Shown in pieces: positions 5,774-12,798 of a stretch of 25,550 nucleotides of DNA. The DNA is taken from positions 1 through 25,550 of the IMG/VR virus record IMGVR_UViG_3300046115_000044. One strand, 5' to 3'. Within the stretch, counting starts at the first letter, position 1. Each line of letters begins with the position of its first letter. Below the pieces are notes generated by a model that searched no databases, was not told the origin of the DNA, and was given only the letters and a program-made list of their open reading frames with translations. Both the position numbers and the translations under genes were made by a program. The DNA comes from a virus (Duplodnaviria; Caudoviricetes).

Positions 5774-8178
5774 ATCACCTCGCTAACCACGACTGCTCTC
5801 GTTGTGAGCTGGGTGATTACACGGAGCGGGTCTGTGTCATGGGTCGTGGTGACCCCAAGAGCCGCATCATGATCCTAGGGGAGGCACCAGGTGGCGAAGA
5901 AGAAAGAACTGGAGCGGTCTTCTCAGGTCGTGCCGGGCAACTACTCGATTTACACCTCCGTGAATCGGGCCTTGCCGAGCTACGTCCATACATTAGCAAC
6001 GTGGTCAAATGCAGACCACCCGATAACCGTTCACCTGAGCGACCTGAATGGGAAGCCTGCCGTAAGTACCTGGAACGAGAACTCAAGGCAGTTGACCCTA
6101 CTCATCTTCTCCTCCTGGGCAACACTGCTCTGCGCGCTGTTGCTCGAAAATCCGGAATTACGAAGCAGCGAGGAGTCCGACTCGATTGCAAAGATCCAGT
6201 CCTGGCCGGAGTTGCGGTCATGGCTACTATCCATCCTGCTTACGTGCTCAGGAACCCCGGACAAGGGTCGGTATTTTCAGAGGATGTCAAGCGATTCGCT
6301 CGAATGGTCAGAGGAGAGTTCCAAGTAGTTCCGGTCAAGCGGTATTTCATAACCACAGTGGCGGGGGTCCGTCGCCTGAGAAAGATGATCTTGGAAGCGG
6401 AGGTGATTTCCTACGATGTTGAGAACCAGCACTCCCCCTGGCACCCAGAGTGGAAGCTCTTGGTGCTTGGATTTAGTTTTGATGAGGGCCGATCAGCCTA
6501 CATCGTCCCGCTTGCTCATCCGAACTCACCTTTCCGTAAGCGATGGCGAGACATCCTGGCATTTCTCAAGCCCGCACTGGAACAATCAAGAGCCAAGCTT
6601 GTTGCGCAGAGTGGAAAGCATGACAATCTCCAGCTTGCCGGAGCTGGGCTCTTCCTCGAACATACGTTCGACATTATGCTTGCTGCTCATCTCCTGGATG
6701 AAAACCGTCCAAAGAATCTCGGCTTTCTCTCACAGTCACTTCTAGGGGCAGACGTCTACAAGGGCATGGTGGAAACAAAGCCCGAGAAGATTCTCAAGGT
6801 ACCACTTCGAGACCTCGCGTCGTACAACGGCATCGACTGCGGGTACACCGCACAGATATACCCCAAGCTTAGGGCTGAGTTGTTGGAGGAGCCTCGACTA
6901 ACACGGCTCTTCGCTAAGCTGATGATGCCTGCCTCGCACGTACTCCAACGGGTTGAGCACCGAGGCATGTACGTCGACCAGGACAGACTGTGGGATCGTA
7001 TCGAGCAACTCCAGGGAAGAATCGACGAGCAAATGGAGGTGTTGCGTGAGCACAATCCAAGAGGAAACAGGCTGGGAAGGGATGACAGCTTCAACTACAA
7101 TAGTCCTCAGCAACTCGGAAGGTGGCTCTTTGGCACAGGAAGTGCTGGTGGCCTCGCTCTCAACCCTCTCGAAGTTACGAAGTCAGGCCAGCCATCCACC
7201 CGAGAAGCAGTGCTTCTGCACTATCGAGATCACCCTGCAGTGGCCGCCCTCCTCAGATACCGAACCCTCCAGCTCAAATGGATGAATACGTGCTTGCTAC
7301 CGTGGTCCACTCGTCTGGACTCACGGAGCAGACTGCACACGATATACAAAGCGTACGGCACGGTTACTGGAAGATTGAGTGGCGACCTGCAGCAAGTTCC
7401 AAGAGATCTATTCATACGTTCTGTCTTCGGTGCTCCCAAGGGGTGGTTGTTCGTAAGTGCGGATTTCTCCCAGATAGAATTACGCATCGCTGCCCACATC
7501 GCTCGGGAGAGGAGAATGCTACGCGCGTTCATTCTGGGGCAAGATCTGCACTCAGTGATGGCCTCTACTCTTACTGGGAAGCCGGTAGAGGATCTGACCA
7601 GTGAGGAGCGCAAGCTAGCCAAGGCAGTCAACTTCGGATTCCTCTACGATATGGGCGCAGCGAAGTTTCAGAGCTACGCCTTCGAGAAGTTCGACCTGAC
7701 TATCTCCATGGAAGAGGCGCAGATCGCACGTGAGCAGTACTTCCATTCGTGGCCTGGGCTTCATCCCTGGCATGCTCGTCAGAGGCGGCTAGTCAACGCT
7801 AACCAGTATGTCACCTCCCCCATCGGGCGCATACGTCACCTCCCAGACGTGCTCTCAGGTGATCGCTACGTCAAGGCAGAGGCTGAACGCCAAGCGATCA
7901 ACAGCCCAGTACAGTCGATGGCCTCAGATATGATGCTGTTCGCCATGGTCAAACTTGACCCACAGCTAGACCCTAGTGAGGCCTTCCTTACTGGGACGCT
8001 CCACGACCAAATATTCGCCCAGGTGCTTGAGGACAAGATCGACCACTACGCCTCACTAATCAAGGAGACCATGGAGAATCTTCCACTCCACAAGACTTTC
8101 GGCTGTGAGCTTACCGTGCCCATCGTAGCTGAAGTTGAGTGGGGCCAACATTGGGCAGAGCCCACCGGTCATCTCTAG
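5740..8178 (+). CDS. Family A DNA polymerase with N-terminal family-4 uracil-DNA glycosylase domain and 3'-5' exonuclease
   Basis: UDG4: CSRC, GEAPG, FSGRAG, NVVKCRPPDNR, AC, HPAYVLRN. Exonuclease: YDVE, KHD, YNGID. PolA: TGRLS, ADFSQIELR (A), RKLAKAVNFGFLY (B), LHDQ (C). Start may be GTG 5752. Confidence 0.95.
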   Translation: MEVAVAFSSPLDHLANHDCSRCELGDYTERVCVMGRGDPKSRIMILGEAPGGEEERTGAVFSGRAGQLLDLHLRESGLAELRPYISNVVKCRPPDNRSPERPEWEACRKYLERELKAVDPTHLLLLGNTALRAVARKSGITKQRGVRLDCKDPVLAGVAVMATIHPAYVLRNPGQGSVFSEDVKRFARMVRGEFQVVPVKRYFITTVAGVRRLRKMILEAEVISYDVENQHSPWHPEWKLLVLGFSFDEGRSAYIVPLAHPNSPFRKRWRDILAFLKPALEQSRAKLVAQSGKHDNLQLAGAGLFLEHTFDIMLAAHLLDENRPKNLGFLSQSLLGADVYKGMVETKPEKILKVPLRDLASYNGIDCGYTAQIYPKLRAELLEEPRLTRLFAKLMMPASHVLQRVEHRGMYVDQDRLWDRIEQLQGRIDEQMEVLREHNPRGNRLGRDDSFNYNSPQQLGRWLFGTGSAGGLALNPLEVTKSGQPSTREAVLLHYRDHPAVAALLRYRTLQLKWMNTCLLPWSTRLDSRSRLHTIYKAYGTVTGRLSGDLQQVPRDLFIRSVFGAPKGWLFVSADFSQIELRIAAHIARERRMLRAFILGQDLHSVMASTLTGKPVEDLTSEERKLAKAVNFGFLYDMGAAKFQSYAFEKFDLTISMEEAQIAREQYFHSWPGLHPWHARQRRLVNANQYVTSPIGRIRHLPDVLSGDRYVKAEAERQAINSPVQSMASDMMLFAMVKLDPQLDPSEAFLTGTLHDQIFAQVLEDKIDHYASLIKETMENLPLHKTFGCELTVPIVAEVEWGQHWAEPTGHL

Positions 8179-8199
8179 GATATGATACAATGAAGGGTA
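8178..8199 (+). promoter_or_regulatory. Extended -10 promoter (TGnTACAAT) within 22-bp repeat, copy 2
   Basis: GGATATGATACAATGAAGGGTA; 20/22 identical to 1665-1686; sits just before the HTH gene. Confidence 0.65.
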
Positions 8200-8203
8200 A
8201 AGA

Positions 8204-8392
8204 ATGACAAAAAAGGCCATAAGCAGTAAGACTCAGAGGTTCTTTTCCCCTCGCAAAGTCGCAGAGATCTACGACGTTGAGCCACGCACTGTAGTCAGGT
8301 GGATTCGTCAAGGTAAGATGCGTGGGGTGAAGGTCGGTCGCGTCTGGCGTGTACCTGAGGAAGCACTGGATGACTGCATACAACCAGAGTAG
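8204..8392 (+). CDS. MerR/excisionase-type helix-turn-helix DNA-binding protein
   Basis: FFSPRKVAEIYDVEPRTVVRWIRQGKMRGVKVGRVWRVPEEAL, a typical HTH_17 pattern. Confidence 0.88.
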   Translation: MTKKAISSKTQRFFSPRKVAEIYDVEPRTVVRWIRQGKMRGVKVGRVWRVPEEALDDCIQPE

Positions 8393-9422
8393 AATCAAAC
8401 TCTTCCGGCGCTGTCAGAAGGCCTACGCCTTTCGATACGATACACGACCGGGTGAAGAGATGCAGCCTCGCGTGTCCAAGCGTGGGCTTACACTCGGTAC
8501 ATGGATGCACTCGTTGCTCCAGGCACACCACCGCGAGTGGGCAGGTGTAGATGGCCTGCGTTGGCAAGATGAGCAACTCCTAAATGAGGAAGTGTTTGAG
8601 CGGTACTTCGAGGAGGAAAAGGCCGAGCTTGGAGACTTGCCTGCCGATACTCGCCGCTTGTTCAGGGCCTACCTCAAGCACTGGGGACTAGACTCAGAAC
8701 GCTACCGAGTTGCTCAACTCCACGACGGTTCTCCAGCTATCGAGTTTGTCGTTGAATTCCCCCTCACTAAGTGGAGTATTGAGTTCCCGTTCAAGGGACG
8801 TATTGACCTCATCGTAGAGGACCTCGAATACGGTGGCCTCTGGATCTGGGACCACAAATGGGTGAAGCGCATACCAGGCCCCGACGAGAGAATGATGAGC
8901 CCTCAGGCACTGATGTACGTGTGGGCTTTGAGGAAATTGGGCTACGACATCCGAGGCTTCGTGTTCAATTACGGGCGCACTAAGCCACCCACAGTGCCTT
9001 ACGTACTCAAGAACGGCACGGTCACTACACGCAAGCGGCTTGACACCGACTACTACACGTACCTTGAGACGATCAAGAAAACCCACCCGGACAACTGGCG
9101 CACTTGGGTGCAGCGTGTCTATATGCCCAAGTTGAAGGAACTAAACCATCGCCAGCATACGGACTGGTTCATGAGAGAGCGCATCCCCGTAGAGCCTGAG
9201 CGGATCAAGCGGGCACTCGTTGAGTTCCTTGTAACTATTCGGGATATAGAGCGCCGCAATACCAAGCATCCGCCTCGCAGTTACTTCTACAATTGCGCCT
9301 TCAGCTGTGAGTTCCATGACATCTGCTGCGCGGAGTTTCAGGGGCTAGACATTGAGCCTCTCATCAAGCGTCAGTTCACCTTCGACAAGGAGAGGTATGG
9401 CGAGACCACAGAGTCAACCTAA
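8370..9422 (+). CDS. Cas4/RecB-like PD-(D/E)XK exonuclease with Fe-S staple cysteines
   Basis: N-terminal RRCQKAY, LGTWMH, E...GRIDLIV...DHK, QALMY, C-terminal CAFSCEFHDIC. Start ATG 8370 after GAGGA. Confidence 0.88.
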   Translation: MTAYNQSRIKLFRRCQKAYAFRYDTRPGEEMQPRVSKRGLTLGTWMHSLLQAHHREWAGVDGLRWQDEQLLNEEVFERYFEEEKAELGDLPADTRRLFRAYLKHWGLDSERYRVAQLHDGSPAIEFVVEFPLTKWSIEFPFKGRIDLIVEDLEYGGLWIWDHKWVKRIPGPDERMMSPQALMYVWALRKLGYDIRGFVFNYGRTKPPTVPYVLKNGTVTTRKRLDTDYYTYLETIKKTHPDNWRTWVQRVYMPKLKELNHRQHTDWFMRERIPVEPERIKRALVEFLVTIRDIERRNTKHPPRSYFYNCAFSCEFHDICCAEFQGLDIEPLIKRQFTFDKERYGETTEST

Positions 9423-10194
9423 AGATATCGAAAAGCTAGCCAAGCGCGTGGCAAAGAAGATCAAGCGATCATCTGAGCTTGAGCAGAACGTCCGTTTCCT
9501 CATCTATGGCCGAGGTGGGGCTGGTAAGACTCGGGTGTGCGCAACTGCTCCTAACGTACTCCTGATAGACGTGAACGAGAAAGGCTGGGACTCTGTCAGG
9601 CGAGACCTCGACCCTAGAACACTGCCCGTGGAATATTGGTCGGAGGTCGACGACGCCTACTGGTTTCTCCAAGGTGGCGATCACCCCTTCGAGTCCGTGG
9701 CTATCGACGGTATCACGGCGATGCAGAACCTCTGTATGAAGTTCGTGCTCGGTGACGAGGCTTCTCGGGACGCGAGTAGAGATCCTGATATGCCCTCTCG
9801 GCAGATCTACAACAAGATCGCAGAGCTAATGAAGACCCAGATCACGAACTTCCGCAATCTGCCTATGAACGTCATCTTTACAGCTCGGCAACGCACGAGG
9901 TTTGTAGACGAGGGTGAGGAAAGTGAGGGTGAGCTGTTCGTTGGACCCAATTGCACGCCGTCGGTTGCGGACACCCTCGAAGGTGCCGTACCTCTTATCG
10001 GCTACTTATCTGCAAGGGAGGTAAGAATCACTAACAAGACTACGGGTAAGAAACGACGGTCGGTACGTCGGCGACTGCTCGTCGGAACAAGTGACCGTTT
10101 CTCTACCAAGGAGCGGTATGGGGTGTTTGGCCCTCACATAGACGCTCCTAACATCGCCGATATGATCCAGGCTATCTACAACAAGGAGGCATGA
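9397..10194 (+). CDS. AAA_24/Sak4-like RecA-fold ATPase (putative recombinase/annealase)
   Basis: LIYGRGGAGKT, LIDVNEKG, VAIDGIT, NVIFTAR; located between the exonuclease and the SSB. Start ATG 9397 after AAGGAGAGG. Confidence 0.85.
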   Translation: MARPQSQPKDIEKLAKRVAKKIKRSSELEQNVRFLIYGRGGAGKTRVCATAPNVLLIDVNEKGWDSVRRDLDPRTLPVEYWSEVDDAYWFLQGGDHPFESVAIDGITAMQNLCMKFVLGDEASRDASRDPDMPSRQIYNKIAELMKTQITNFRNLPMNVIFTARQRTRFVDEGEESEGELFVGPNCTPSVADTLEGAVPLIGYLSAREVRITNKTTGKKRRSVRRRLLVGTSDRFSTKERYGVFGPHIDAPNIADMIQAIYNKEA

Positions 10195-10195
10195 A

Positions 10196-10753
10196 GTGGC
10201 TAGAGCAAGAAAGACTAAGGCAGAGGTTATCGACTTCGGGGGGGTCCCTGAAGAACGAGGTGGGGGGCGGCGTCATATCCCCGAGGGAGACTACCTTGCC
10301 AAGATCATCAGCGTGGAGAAGCGCTGGAAGGACGACGACCGCAGCAACATCCCCTTCTTCTCCTGGCGCATCCAAATCAACGATGGCAAGTACAAGGGCA
10401 CGACGTTCTACCACACGACTTCCCTCAAGCCTGAGGCGCTCTTCAATCTCCGCAATCTCATCCTCGCAGCGACTAAGAAGAACGTCGCTGGTAAGCAGTT
10501 GAGCTTCGATCCACAGAAGCTGATCGGCAAGGTGATCGCTATCTCTGTGGAGGACGACACGTACCGAGACACCAAGACCGGCACCGACCGTCTCGTCTCT
10601 CGAATCGTAGACACTCGGCCTGAGGACGAGCTGGAGGCAGACGAGGATGAAGACGAAGACGTGGATGAGGAAGAGGACGAAGAGGAAGATGAGGATGAAG
10701 ACGAAGAGGAGGAGGACGAAGACCTCGAAGACGTAGACGTGGAGGAGCTGTAA
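10196..10753 (+). CDS. Single-stranded DNA-binding protein (DUF669-like) with long acidic tail
   Basis: IPEGDYLAKI...GKYKG...LIGKVIAISVEDDTY pattern, position after the Sak4-like gene, acidic C-terminus; AAGGAGG RBS. Confidence 0.75.
   Translation: MARARKTKAEVIDFGGVPEERGGGRRHIPEGDYLAKIISVEKRWKDDDRSNIPFFSWRIQINDGKYKGTTFYHTTSLKPEALFNLRNLILAATKKNVAGKQLSFDPQKLIGKVIAISVEDDTYRDTKTGTDRLVSRIVDTRPEDELEADEDEDEDVDEEEDEEEDEDEDEEEEDEDLEDVDVEEL
10622..10750 (+). repeat. GAR/GAY low-complexity tract encoding poly-Asp/Glu
   Basis: 36 of the last 43 codons encode D or E. Confidence 0.9.
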
Positions 10754-11061
10754 TGACGCTTGAAGTCCCCACAGGGGCTGATCAGGTCCCAGAAAGATCA
10801 GCTGGAGCAGGCTCTTTAGTGAAACTTGCTCAGCTAGTCGATGATGCCCACCACCTGCAGGCAGAGCATGATCGTCTCCAGGGGCGGCTTACCGGACTAG
10901 GTCAAGAGCTGCTTAGCGTTCGCGGTGATCTAGCTAGGGAAGGTGTGGACGTAACCTTCAACCTCACTACTGAGGTGATGAAGGGGATCGAGCGAGCCGC
11001 AGAAGCGCCTCAGCAGGTGTCTGAGCCCAGACTATCAACTTCACCACCTCCTGGCTATTAG
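10753..11061 (+). CDS. Hypothetical coiled-coil protein
   Basis: TAATG overlap with the SSB stop; GGAGGAG RBS; heptad pattern. Confidence 0.75.
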   Translation: MTLEVPTGADQVPERSAGAGSLVKLAQLVDDAHHLQAEHDRLQGRLTGLGQELLSVRGDLAREGVDVTFNLTTEVMKGIERAAEAPQQVSEPRLSTSPPPGY

Positions 11062-11072
11062 TCCTACATCTG

Positions 11073-11081
11073 TGCGATAAT
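11073..11081 (+). promoter_or_regulatory. Extended -10 (TGcGATAAT), probable leaderless promoter
   Basis: The hexamer ends 5 nt before ATG 11087, and there is no SD sequence in the intergenic gap. Confidence 0.45.
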
Positions 11082-11086
11082 CCATT

Positions 11087-11467
11087 ATGCCCCGACAGCC
11101 CGAAGGAAGGATCGTAAAGCAGATCCTCGTCTATCTCCGAGGACATGGCGGACGCTGGATGAAAATCCAAGGCTCCGAATCCTCATTCCAGGAAGCTGGC
11201 ATCTCGGACATAGTCGGCTGCTATCACGGTCTGTTCGTGGCTATCGAGGTCAAGCAACCAGGTGGAAAGGTTTCTCCGATACAGGAGAGATTCTTGGCCA
11301 GTGTAGACGAAAATGGAGGCTACACCTGTGTTGCTGAGTCCACATTCGATGTAGTGGACTTTATAAAGAAAGTAGACGCCGCAAGGAGGAGAGCCGATGA
11401 GGCGAAGCCTCAGAGCAGTACTCCCCATGGTCGTCGCTCTCATACTGTGGCCCACCGCGACGGCTAG
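11087..11467 (+). CDS. VRR-NUC domain nuclease / Holliday junction resolvase-like
   Basis: PEGRIVKQI...GISDIVG...FVAIEVKQPGGKVSPIQ. Confidence 0.88.
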   Translation: MPRQPEGRIVKQILVYLRGHGGRWMKIQGSESSFQEAGISDIVGCYHGLFVAIEVKQPGGKVSPIQERFLASVDENGGYTCVAESTFDVVDFIKKVDAARRRADEAKPQSSTPHGRRSHTVAHRDG

Positions 11468-11945
11468 TGCCCATGCTCCATACAGTCAAGCTGGGTACAT
11501 AGACTATCACCTCCACCTGTTCAGAGTACATACCAACAAGATACGGGTGGAGAAATGTCATGCGAAGTATCGTCTAGGGTTGACCGCGCTTGAGCTCTCT
11601 ACGTTGCCCTACGGAAGCCCTGAACGCGAGTCAATCATCACTACATGGACGAACAGGCACGCACGAGCTCACGAACTGGGGCCGTGTATTCCTAGGCTCG
11701 TCATCCGTAGAGTGTTCGAGGCAAAGGCCCCAGCTGCTCTATCTGTAGCTCGGTGTGAAAGTCACTTAGACCCACGAGCTGTAGGAAAAGCTAGAGAGCG
11801 TGGCCTGTTCCAGATCCATCCCATACATCGCTCTTGGCTAGGACCTCTATGGGCGAGATTGTTTCACCCTCGCGTAAACGCTGAGGTAGCTTGGCGAATG
11901 AGCAAGCATGGTACGGACTGGGGTCCCTGGACGTGTAAGCCCTAA
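11397..11945 (+). CDS. Secreted lytic transglycosylase (SLT/lysozyme-like) with N-terminal signal peptide
   Basis: MRRSLR, hydrophobic stretch and TASA cleavage-like site; C-terminal VARCES...GLFQI...NAEVA...WGPW; AAGGAGGAG RBS. Confidence 0.8.
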   Translation: MRRSLRAVLPMVVALILWPTATASAHAPYSQAGYIDYHLHLFRVHTNKIRVEKCHAKYRLGLTALELSTLPYGSPERESIITTWTNRHARAHELGPCIPRLVIRRVFEAKAPAALSVARCESHLDPRAVGKARERGLFQIHPIHRSWLGPLWARLFHPRVNAEVAWRMSKHGTDWGPWTCKP

Positions 11946-11952
11946 CTAGGAG

Positions 11953-11989
11953 AGAGCCCAGGAGGAGACAAACCTGGGCTCTTTCTTCT
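11953..11989 (+). terminator. Intrinsic terminator of the + strand block
   Basis: Perfect 10-bp stem AGAGCCCAGG/CCTGGGCTCT, 10-nt loop, then TTCTTCT; 7 nt after the SLT stop. Confidence 0.75.
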
Positions 11990-11992
11990 CCC

Positions 11993-12046
11993 GCTAGCTG
12001 GGGGGCAGCTAGCTACTCACGCCCCCTGCGGCCAAAGGACGTGAGT
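11993..12046 (-). terminator. Tandem hairpins ending the - strand block
   Basis: A 14-bp stem at 12015-12046 that pairs fully only on the - strand (3 G.U pairs, GCCG loop), then an 8-bp GCTAGCTG/CAGCTAGC stem at 11993-12013. Confidence 0.6.
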
Positions 12047-12049
12047 GCT

Positions 12050-12220
12050 TCAAGTCTGAGACCGAGCCCAAGAGGCAGCACCGCCGAGGCACATGAGTGC
12101 AAGGCCGAGCGAGATGAAGAAGAAGCCCCAGGCAGCATCCCACGCCGCCTTCTCGAGGCCGATCAGAGCGAAGATCACGCAGGCGAGGATGAACGAGACG
12201 AGTGCGAGTAGCGTGGTCAC
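12050..12220 (-). CDS. Small 56-aa two-TM membrane protein (holin accessory candidate); not in ORF track
   Basis: GTG overlapping the holin stop (GTGA), AAGGAG RBS; MTTLLALVSFILACVIFALIGLEKAAWDAAWGFFFISLGLALMCLGGAASWARSQT. Confidence 0.75.
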   Translation of the reverse strand: MTTLLALVSFILACVIFALIGLEKAAWDAAWGFFFISLGLALMCLGGAASWARSQT

Positions 12221-12453
12221 TTGCCCACTCCCTTCAATAGGCTGGCACTTTCAGGACTACCTCGAAACGCACCTAGCATCGAGGTTAGCACCGACAGGAT
12301 AACCGAACCACCGACGATAATTGCCGCCGATGTCCAGTCCACAGCACCGAGCGAACCGGCGGTCGTCGCTGCGGCCACAGTTGGGATGGTTACCTGAGCG
12401 AACGTCCTAATCGCCCGCTCCGCCGTATCTTTCCAAAATGCTGCTGTCCACAT
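12217..12453 (-). CDS. Holin, phage r1t family
   Basis: MWTAAFWKDTAERAIRTFAQ...VDW...LSVLTS signature; AAAGGA RBS. Confidence 0.9.
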   Translation of the reverse strand: MWTAAFWKDTAERAIRTFAQVTIPTVAAATTAGSLGAVDWTSAAIIVGGSVILSVLTSMLGAFRGSPESASLLKGVGK

Positions 12454-12468
12454 GTTGTTCCTTTCTAT

Positions 12469-12798
12469 CTACCAGACTTTGATGGCATTGATGGAGACGC
12501 CGATAGCGACGATGGCAAGTCCACCTGCGATCCGCGCTTGCCAGTGGGCCAGTCTTTCTGTTTCTATCTTAGTCGCGTAGGTAGCGTCTTTCGCCTCCAT
12601 CTGGTGGATAAGGTCGTTGTGCTTATCCGCAAGCTTCTCGGACATATTGAGTGCTGTCTTCACAGCAAGTTGATCGCCCTCACGCTGCGATCGCAGAAGC
12701 TCCTTTAGCCCCCCAATCTCCGACTTCACGTGTCGGTCAAGCGAATCTATCCGCTCAGCGAGAATTCCGTTGTCCACTCGACGCTCTAACTGATTCAT
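12469..12798 (-). CDS. Coiled-coil protein with C-terminal transmembrane helix (lysis-cassette membrane protein)
   Basis: Helical soluble part plus hydrophobic C-terminus IAGGLAIVAIGVSINAI; directly upstream of the holin. Confidence 0.7.
   Translation of the reverse strand: MNQLERRVDNGILAERIDSLDRHVKSEIGGLKELLRSQREGDQLAVKTALNMSEKLADKHNDLIHQMEAKDATYATKIETERLAHWQARIAGGLAIVAIGVSINAIKVW

Noticed and set aside
8204-8392. Excisionase implying a temperate lifestyle
   Set aside because: No integrase, repressor or att site in the window; this HTH family is also used as a general regulator.
8370-9422. Cas4-like gene as sign of a CRISPR-Cas locus
   Set aside because: No repeat-spacer array or other cas genes; solo Cas4-like nucleases are common in phage recombination modules.
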